A stretch of 64,000 bases of DNA. It comes from an uncultured Elusimicrobia bacterium. Lineage in GTDB: Bacteria; Elusimicrobiota; Elusimicrobia; UBA1565; UBA9628. Below are positions 58,053 through 64,000 of this stretch, piece after piece. Numbering within the stretch: position 1 is the stretch's first letter; every line of letters begins with the position of its first letter. The stretch is taken from assembly GCA_964537395.1 (NCBI GenBank), contig CAZIBN010000007.1:2843-66842 (forward strand), in the 5' to 3' direction. A program made the position numbers and the translations under genes. The notes under the pieces are model-generated. The model was not told the origin of the DNA. It did no database searches and saw nothing but the letters and a program-made list of their open reading frames with translations.

Positions 58053-59015
58053 ATGAGGATTTCCTCAGCGGCAGCTGCGCCGGGCCCCTCCGGGCCCGGC
58101 GTGCTCATATGCACCTGGCTACTCATCTCCGCCCCCTGTGCCGCGGCCCCGCTGGAAACGCCTGGAACGAACTTCACGGTGTCGGTCGTCGAAACGAGCA
58201 CCGCTCCCGGCCGGACCGACTACCTGCTCAAGTTTCCTTCGGCCAGCAAGAGCCCCTGGCCTGCGAACGATACGGTGTGGGCGCACCTGACCGTGCCGGA
58301 TTCGGCGAAGGGCAAGGCGGGTGCGGCGGTGCTGGTCTTGCCCGTGATGGCCGCCCCGAACATCTGGATCGAGACCCAGTTCCTGGACCGTTTCGTGAAA
58401 GACGGGCTCATCACGATGTGGATCGAGATGCCCACGCAGTTCCGCCGACGGCCGCATGCGTCGATGCCCAGCGGGCAGGTGTTTCTCGCGCGCACGACCG
58501 GCCAGCTTTCGCGCAACTTCAGCCAGTCGGTCTCGGACGCGCGCCGGGCGCTCGGAGTCCTGTCCGCCCGCCCCGAGGTGGACGCCAAGCGCGTGGCGCT
58601 GTTCGGGATCAGCCTCGGCGCCATCGTGGGCGCGGTGACCTGGTCCGTGGACCCGCGACCGGCCGCCGGGGTGTTCGTGATGGGCGGGGCCGACTTTCCG
58701 GGCATCGCGCTGAACGGCTCGTTGAGCGGGCCGTTCGCCAGAAAAATGGGCCTTAAGCCCGAGGAGCTGAGGACGGCCTGGGTCGGCCTTGATCCGCTCG
58801 ACTACCAGGCCGCCAATGCGGGTAAGAAGGCTCTTCTGATCAACGTCAACTCTGACACGGTCATCCCCCGGGCCAATGCCCTGCGCCTTAAGGAGGCCTT
58901 CCCGGACTCCCGGCAGGTTTGGCTGCCCCTGGGCCACTATACGGCCATCCTGCACCTGATCTGGCTGCCCCGTTGGGTGTCCCGGCGCCTCCAGGAGGCT
59001 CTATCAAAGCGGTAA
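58053..59015 (+). CDS. secreted alpha/beta hydrolase (dienelactone hydrolase-like)
   Basis: Nucleophile elbow GISLG. Signal peptide. Confidence 0.6.
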   Translation: MRISSAAAAPGPSGPGVLICTWLLISAPCAAAPLETPGTNFTVSVVETSTAPGRTDYLLKFPSASKSPWPANDTVWAHLTVPDSAKGKAGAAVLVLPVMAAPNIWIETQFLDRFVKDGLITMWIEMPTQFRRRPHASMPSGQVFLARTTGQLSRNFSQSVSDARRALGVLSARPEVDAKRVALFGISLGAIVGAVTWSVDPRPAAGVFVMGGADFPGIALNGSLSGPFARKMGLKPEELRTAWVGLDPLDYQAANAGKKALLINVNSDTVIPRANALRLKEAFPDSRQVWLPLGHYTAILHLIWLPRWVSRRLQEALSKR

Positions 59016-59042
59016 AAATTCGATTAAAAGGGGGGGTAAGCC

Positions 59043-59071
59043 TTGACAGCCCATCTTGGTGGGCTTACACT
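59043..59071 (+). promoter_or_regulatory. consensus-like sigma70 promoter for the tandem lipoprotein genes
   Basis: TTGACA (59043-48), 17-nt spacer, TACACT (59066-71). A 5' UTR of about 40 nt carries GGGAGA. Confidence 0.55.
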
Positions 59072-59108
59072 GTCTCTAGACGCAAGCAAGCGCTTTGGGA
59101 GAATTGAC

Positions 59109-59285
59109 ATGAAAAGCTTATCGTTGATCGTCTTAACCGTGGTTTCCTTCGGAGCGCTTGCGTTATCCGGTTGCAGCGGCTGTAGCGGCGAGGAGACGGC
59201 CAAGGCCAAGGCTCCGCCGCCCGTGACCTGCGGCCGGGGAACCGTCGCCCAGGGCAACCAGTGCGTCGGACAGGTCCATAACTAG
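59109..59285 (+). CDS. small Cys-motif lipoprotein (58 aa)
   Basis: Lipobox LSGC. Mature peptide C-SGCSGEETA...C...GNQCVG. Confidence 0.6.
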   Translation: MKSLSLIVLTVVSFGALALSGCSGCSGEETAKAKAPPPVTCGRGTVAQGNQCVGQVHN

Positions 59286-59297
59286 GTTTGGAGGCTT

Positions 59298-59546
59298 ATG
59301 AATAAATTACTGCTTAGACTGTCCACCGTGATTCTGAGCCTCGGTATGCTGGGCGCGGCCGCTTGCAGTGGTTGTTCGGGCGAAACGGCTGAGGACGCGT
59401 CCAAGAGCCCGGCTCTGCAGCAGCAGTCCATGAACTGCGGCGCTTACACGCACCGCGAGGGCAACCAGTGCGTCGGGAACACCTCGACGAGGAGCACTCG
59501 CACCACGGGGTCGCCGACCACGCTGGGCACCAACGGCAACAACTGA
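59298..59546 (+). CDS. small Cys-motif lipoprotein paralogue (82 aa)
   Basis: Lipobox AAAC. Same CSGCSGE...C...GNQCVG framework. SD GGAGG. Confidence 0.6.
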   Translation: MNKLLLRLSTVILSLGMLGAAACSGCSGETAEDASKSPALQQQSMNCGAYTHREGNQCVGNTSTRSTRTTGSPTTLGTNGNN

Positions 59547-59568
59547 TCGCGCCGGCCGTATAAAAGAG

Positions 59569-59601
59569 ATCCGTCCCGCTCGCGGGACGGATTTTCTTTT
59601 T
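59569..59601. terminator. bidirectional rho-independent terminator
   Basis: ATCCGTCCCG-CTCG-CGGGACGGAT followed by TTTCTTTTT. Sits between convergent genes. Confidence 0.75.
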
Positions 59602-59618
59602 ACCGGCGGAAATGAAAG

Positions 59619-60545
59619 CTAGCGGCCGCCCAGGGGAGTGAAGCCGTTGTTGGGCGCCGCGTCCTTGGCCTTGTCGAGGGCATTCCGATCGAGGGGCACC
59701 GGGCCTTGCTTGCTCTGCATGGCTTTTTTCATGTCGTCGGAATTCATGATGTCGGCCATGACCTTGTTTTGATCTGGCGCCTTGGTGTCGCTGCCGTCGA
59801 GCATGCCGGTCAGGCTCGCGGGCAGGCCCACGGCTTTGACGATGGTCGTCACGAGATCCTTCGTGACCTTGTCGTTCTGGAAGATGCCGCCGGCCGCGGC
59901 CGTCAGGCCCGGAGGCGCCTCTCTGACCCCCGTGACGATAGCGTCGCGAACGCCCGGATCGGTCGCGTATTTTTTGACCAGCTTGCCGAAATCGTTCGAC
60001 TTGGCTATGCCATACGCGAACTTAAGAGGATCCTTATCTTTCCAATATTGATCGCGCACGGCGCGCAGCTCGGGAGAGGCGGCCCAGTCCTTGCCGTATT
60101 GGGTGATGGACGGATGTTTTTTCTCCATACGCTTGACGAACGCGTAGACAAGCTTCTCATATTTGAGCGCGGCGTCTTTAAAGCTCAGCGCAGCCGCATC
60201 CTTGGGATTGGTGGGATTCGCAGTGGAGCCGGGGGACCCCGAGGCCTTCGGAGTCGAGGCGCCGGGGCCGACGACCTGCATGCCCGCATCGCCCTTGACC
60301 ATGCCCAGGCTCGTCTGCTGCGCCGGCGCCTGAGCGGAAGGAGCGGAAGCCGGGAACGAGGGCGGGGCCGCGGATTTTGCCGGGTCCGGCGCGGTGCTCA
60401 TGTCGAAGCCGGAGGTGTCGAGGCCGGCGTTGCGGTTGGAGAGCAGGTGCCACCCCACGACGCCGACCGCCGAGCCGCCGACCGCGATCAGAACAAAAAT
60501 CAGGCCAGCGCGGCTCGTCTGGTGCTTGGGCTCTTCGCTCATCAC
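59619..60545 (-). CDS. membrane-anchored hypothetical protein with low-complexity linker
   Basis: N-terminal TM (LIFVLIAVGGSAVGVVGW), Ala/Pro/Ser-rich linker, unknown C-terminal domain. Confidence 0.5.
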   Translation of the reverse strand: MMSEEPKHQTSRAGLIFVLIAVGGSAVGVVGWHLLSNRNAGLDTSGFDMSTAPDPAKSAAPPSFPASAPSAQAPAQQTSLGMVKGDAGMQVVGPGASTPKASGSPGSTANPTNPKDAAALSFKDAALKYEKLVYAFVKRMEKKHPSITQYGKDWAASPELRAVRDQYWKDKDPLKFAYGIAKSNDFGKLVKKYATDPGVRDAIVTGVREAPPGLTAAAGGIFQNDKVTKDLVTTIVKAVGLPASLTGMLDGSDTKAPDQNKVMADIMNSDDMKKAMQSKQGPVPLDRNALDKAKDAAPNNGFTPLGGR

Positions 60546-60617
60546 CTCATTATGGCCCGGCGCCGCCTCCCTGTCAAGGCAAGGGGAGCTCTCCGATACT
60601 CAATTCCGTAATGGGCA

Positions 60618-61988
60618 ATGGCTATAATTCGAAGGATGACGAGAAGGGCTTTGTCGCTCCTCCTCGCCCTCGCGCTGGCCGCTCCGAACGCCGGGGCGGT
60701 CGCTTTTAACGATGTTTTGCCGGGCGCCAGGGCGATGGGCATGGGCACCGCGTATTCGGCGATCGCCGACGACGCGTTCGGCCTGTTTTATAACCCCGCC
60801 GGCACGGCGAACACGCCCTACGTCCAGGGCGCGGGCACGGTCGGCCGGATGCTGTCGCCGAGGGGGCCATTATCCTTCGTCTCGGCCGTCTACCTGAGGC
60901 CGTATGAATCGATCAATACGGCGACCGTGGGAGCCGCCTATCATCTCGAGCGCCAGCGCAACGGCGGCGACATCGATTCCCTGATGTTCAACTACGCTCA
61001 GGAGTACAAGGTCCGCGACCTTCCGTTGTCAAAGCCGCTCAAGATCGGGGCCAACGTCAAGATCGTCAACTCCGACACGGGCGACGGGACTAATGACAAG
61101 TTCGGGCTCGGCTTTGACGTGGGCGTGATCGCCCGCTCGAACATGGGCCTGTCGGCCGGCATCGTCCTCAGCGACCTGGTCACCGCGCTGGCGTACCCGC
61201 GCCCCGCCATCACGCTCGCGACGGCGTACAGCTGGGACCGGCGCTTCACGCTCGCCGGCGACTTCCGCATTCGCGGCGGCCTGGCGGAGTTTTATCCCGG
61301 CATCGAGGCGTCGTTTCATCAGGGGCTTCTCCGCTTGCGGGCGGGCAAGGGGCTGACCCTGGACGGCGTGAACACTTTCGCCTTCGGCCTCGGCCTGAAC
61401 TTCTCGCCGATGATCCTCGACATCGCGATGTCCCTGCCGACCGGGGGCCTCAATCGCTCGGGCGGCGGATATCAGGGCACCTTCAGCTACCGGTTCGGCG
61501 CGCCGTCCTTCACCGGACAATTCATCGGCGAGGCGGCGGCGCGGGCGGAGAGCGTGCGCACGGATCTTTCGAACCTCGAGCAGAAGCAGAAGACGATGTC
61601 CCAGCAGGCCGGCACGGCCGAGAGCAATAAAACGACTGCCGAATCCCAGCTTCGTGTCTTGGAAAAGCGCGTGGCCGAGGCTCAGGACGAGTACCGCGTC
61701 CTGCTCAAGCGCAACGATGAGCTCGATTACCGCGCCGCCGAGAAGGCCGCCGGCCTTGTGGGCAAGCCGAAGCCCGTCGAGATCAAGGTCAAGCGGGCGA
61801 AGCCGGCGCCGCCCGCGTGGCCCAAGCGCCATATCGTGGCGGCCGGAGACACCTTGCGCACGATGGCCAAGGAGTATTACGGCGATCCCAACCAGTGGGA
61901 GAAGATCTACGACGCGAACCGGGAAAAGGTCGAGCGCGGCCTGCCCTCCGAGGGCGCCTCCCTCGTGATCCCCGCGCCGAACCCCTGA
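60618..61988 (+). CDS. secreted beta-barrel-like protein with coiled coil and C-terminal LysM domain
   Basis: Signal peptide. N-terminal GARAMGMGTAYSAIADDAFGLFYNPAG (PorV/FadL-like outer-membrane motif). C-terminal LysM HIVAAGDTLRTMAKEYYGDPNQWEKIY. Confidence 0.55.
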   Translation: MAIIRRMTRRALSLLLALALAAPNAGAVAFNDVLPGARAMGMGTAYSAIADDAFGLFYNPAGTANTPYVQGAGTVGRMLSPRGPLSFVSAVYLRPYESINTATVGAAYHLERQRNGGDIDSLMFNYAQEYKVRDLPLSKPLKIGANVKIVNSDTGDGTNDKFGLGFDVGVIARSNMGLSAGIVLSDLVTALAYPRPAITLATAYSWDRRFTLAGDFRIRGGLAEFYPGIEASFHQGLLRLRAGKGLTLDGVNTFAFGLGLNFSPMILDIAMSLPTGGLNRSGGGYQGTFSYRFGAPSFTGQFIGEAAARAESVRTDLSNLEQKQKTMSQQAGTAESNKTTAESQLRVLEKRVAEAQDEYRVLLKRNDELDYRAAEKAAGLVGKPKPVEIKVKRAKPAPPAWPKRHIVAAGDTLRTMAKEYYGDPNQWEKIYDANREKVERGLPSEGASLVIPAPNP

Positions 61989-61989
61989 T

Positions 61990-63141
61990 ATGGCCGCCAT
62001 CGGATTGCTGGCGAAGGAGGCCTCGGACCGGGAGCTTCTCGGGCTGATGCTCGGCGAGCTCGGCCACAGCGCCGAGGGCGCGGGCCGTCTTGAAGAGGCG
62101 ATCGAGTTCGCTCGCGAGCGCAAGACCCGCGCGTTCCTGCTCGTGGACGGCGGAGGCGCCGACGCCGAGAGCCTGACGCGCGAACTGATCCGTGCGTTCC
62201 CGCTCCTGCCTGTCGTGGTCGCGATGAAGGTGCGCGACGCCAGCCGCGCGGTCGCGCTGATGCGCGTGGGCGCGGTCGAGGTCGTGGCGCCGCCGTGGAC
62301 GCCGGAGGATCTTAAGGCCTCGGTCTCCAAGGGCCTGCGCTTCCAGGGCACGGTGATGACGGCCGCGAGCGCGGCTCCTCTGAGCCGCTCGCCGATCTGG
62401 TACGCGCTGGCCGTGTCGCTGTTCCTGGCCGCGGGCCTCGGCGTCGCCTCTCTCAAGCGCGTCGACCTCAACCGCGCGGCCGTCGCCGCGCGCACCGACC
62501 GCTGGGAGCTGCCGGTGCGCCATCCTGCGGGCCTGGCGTTCGACGGGAAATCGCTGTGGCTCGTCGAGTGGTTCACCCAGTCTTTCTATTCGTTATCTCC
62601 CAATGACACGTCCGTACAGATCGTGCGCCATTTGACCGCCGAGACGCCGGTGGCCGCGGCGTTCACCACCGAGGCGATGTGGACGGTCTCGGCTGACGGC
62701 ACCGTCATCCGCCGCATGCGCGACGACAAGATGACGCCGTTGATGCGGTACCCCAAGGCCGCGCCCAACTCGGCGGGCCTCGCCTTCGACGGGCTCTACC
62801 TGTGGACGCTGGACGCGCGCGCGAAGGTCCTGCGCAAGCACCTCGTGGACCGAGAGCTCAGCGTGATCGCGACGTATAAATGGCGCGGCCTCAAGCCGGC
62901 CGGCCTTCTTTATGACGGGCGATCGCTCTGGTCTCTCGATGCCGTGAACCGGCGGCTCCTGAGGCACGGCCTCGATCACCCGGAGGATTTCGTCGATTCC
63001 ATCCCGCTGTCCGAATACGCCGAGGGCGCCTATAAGCTGGTGGGCGCGGCCTGGGACGGCTCCCGCTTCTGGACCGTGGGCGAGGCGGTCGACGGCAAAG
63101 GGCCGGCTCGGCTGGTCCGGCATAAAGAGGAGGCGCGATGA
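61990..63141 (+). CDS. receiver-like domain - TM - beta-propeller repeat protein
   Basis: N-terminal REC-like fold. One TM (IWYALAVSLFLAAGLGV). At least four P(A/S)GLxxDGxxLW repeats (Vgb/YVTN-like blades). Confidence 0.5.
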   Translation: MAAIGLLAKEASDRELLGLMLGELGHSAEGAGRLEEAIEFARERKTRAFLLVDGGGADAESLTRELIRAFPLLPVVVAMKVRDASRAVALMRVGAVEVVAPPWTPEDLKASVSKGLRFQGTVMTAASAAPLSRSPIWYALAVSLFLAAGLGVASLKRVDLNRAAVAARTDRWELPVRHPAGLAFDGKSLWLVEWFTQSFYSLSPNDTSVQIVRHLTAETPVAAAFTTEAMWTVSADGTVIRRMRDDKMTPLMRYPKAAPNSAGLAFDGLYLWTLDARAKVLRKHLVDRELSVIATYKWRGLKPAGLLYDGRSLWSLDAVNRRLLRHGLDHPEDFVDSIPLSEYAEGAYKLVGAAWDGSRFWTVGEAVDGKGPARLVRHKEEAR

Positions 63142-63449
63142 AGCAGGCGCCGTTCCTCGTCCCCGCCCTCCTGCGCTTCCCGGGCTCCTCCGCGCGCCAG
63201 GACTCGTGGGGCCGCCTGCTTGAGATCACCGGGGGAGGATGCGAGCTGTCCACCGCGGCCCGCCTGACGAAAGGCGAGACTGTTCTGGTTCAGTTCGAGC
63301 TTGGAGGCGATCGACTGCTCCTCCGCGCGCGCGTGCATCACGCCTACGACGACGATGACGGGGGCCGCGTGGCCGAGCTGCGCTGGAGCGACATGGTGGA
63401 GCGCCGCCGCCTGGCGCGCGCCCTGCTGGACGTGCTTTCCCGCGCCTGA
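63138..63449 (+). CDS. PilZ-like small protein (tentative)
   Basis: LLEITGGGCEL resembles the PilZ D.S.GG motif. The ATG overlaps the upstream stop (ATGA). Confidence 0.3.
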   Translation: MKQAPFLVPALLRFPGSSARQDSWGRLLEITGGGCELSTAARLTKGETVLVQFELGGDRLLLRARVHHAYDDDDGGRVAELRWSDMVERRRLARALLDVLSRA

Positions 63450-63470
63450 GGGCGCAGTCCGGCGGCAGGG

Positions 63471-64000
63471 TCAGAGGTAGGGAGTGAAGATTCGCTCGAG
63501 CTTCTGAAGCGAACGGCTCATCAGCGCCGCCGTCGGCAAAAGGAAGCAGTCCAGGCTGACGATCGCGTTCAGGTTCGCGTCCTTCATGGGCAGGGAGCGC
63601 AGGCGTTCCACGAAATCGCGGTTGACCTGGCCGATGTCTCCCTCGATCTTCTCGAGGCCGCTCAAGTCCCAGTCCGCCGAAAGGCCCTTCCGGGCGCGGA
63701 AGAACTGGGCGAACAGGTACATCGAGATCGTGCGGTAGCGCGTCTCCTCGACCTCCGCGAACGGCAGGTGGGTCAAGGTCATCGGCCGGAGCTTGTCCAG
63801 GATCGGGCAGCCGCTGCTGGCCATGATCAGGCCGAACAGGCCGCTGACCGCCTTCTGCAGGCTGAGTCGCTTGTGGTATTCCCGCGCCGGCGTGGTCACC
63901 CAGACCTCGACGTCCTCGTAGGAAAGGCGGTTGAGAAAACGGTCGATCGCCGGCGCCAGGTTCACGGCCACGGGGCAGCGCGGCGAGGCTTCCGCCTTCA
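63471..64000 (-). CDS. hypothetical protein, N-terminus probably truncated by the window edge
   Basis: The ORF is open in frame up to position 64000. No recognisable motif. Confidence 0.4.
   Translation of the reverse strand, partial: KAEASPRCPVAVNLAPAIDRFLNRLSYEDVEVWVTTPAREYHKRLSLQKAVSGLFGLIMASSGCPILDKLRPMTLTHLPFAEVEETRYRTISMYLFAQFFRARKGLSADWDLSGLEKIEGDIGQVNRDFVERLRSLPMKDANLNAIVSLDCFLLPTAALMSRSLQKLERIFTPYL

Overview
This is a high-GC (about 68%) bacterial chromosomal segment carrying roughly 70 genes. Most are core metabolism, envelope and signalling genes, with no obvious prophage, integron or CRISPR array. Many start codons sit 6-8 nt downstream of a -10-like hexamer with no Shine-Dalgarno sequence, so leaderless transcription looks frequent.

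Recognisable content:
- An arsR-arsC-acr3 arsenic operon.
- A TLC/NTT-family nucleotide transporter.
- A hybrid histidine kinase and a single-domain response regulator.
- tsaC/sua5 and a PAP2 phosphatase.
- A two-domain PPK2 translationally coupled to a FIST-sensor class III nucleotide cyclase.
- NupC and an MFS transporter.
- A 23S rRNA methyltransferase RlmF and an XRE regulator.
- An OmpA-like lipoprotein and tRNA-Pro(TGG).
- Two tandem SPFH/band-7 genes followed by a frameshifted ThpR/LigT-like 2H phosphoesterase.
- An Ara4N-like aminosugar-lipid modification cluster: a GT2 transferase, a YdjC/NaxD-like deacetylase, two ArnE/F-like small membrane proteins, an SDR epimerase/dehydratase and a DegT aminotransferase. 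The cluster is interrupted by a two-gene nucleotidyltransferase cassette flanked by 81-bp direct repeats.
- A three-subunit sdhCAB (Bacteroidetes/Chlorobi-type) followed by arfB, a Hanks Ser/Thr kinase, a DUF2203 protein and hutD.
- nth.
- A peptidoglycan-remodelling cluster (amidase, murC, C39-like/NlpC-P60 hydrolase).
- Ferredoxin and an outer-membrane beta-barrel.
- Two tandem small Cys-motif lipoproteins.

The most unusual locus is 16.0-24.5 kb. It holds an ATP-grasp ligase domain fused to a 12-TM MFS transporter and a secreted carbon-nitrogen (CN) hydrolase homologue that lacks the catalytic Cys. Next come a small secreted protein and a 1171-aa signal-peptide-bearing Lon-like protease with a degenerate Walker A. 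Several of these proteins, and others in the window, carry the same N-terminal module: a hydrophobic signal-like segment followed by an Ala/Pro/Ser-rich linker.

Two families of repeated intergenic palindromes were also seen. Family and product names are inferred from motifs read by eye, and no database search was possible. Hand-derived internal start coordinates may be off by a few nucleotides.
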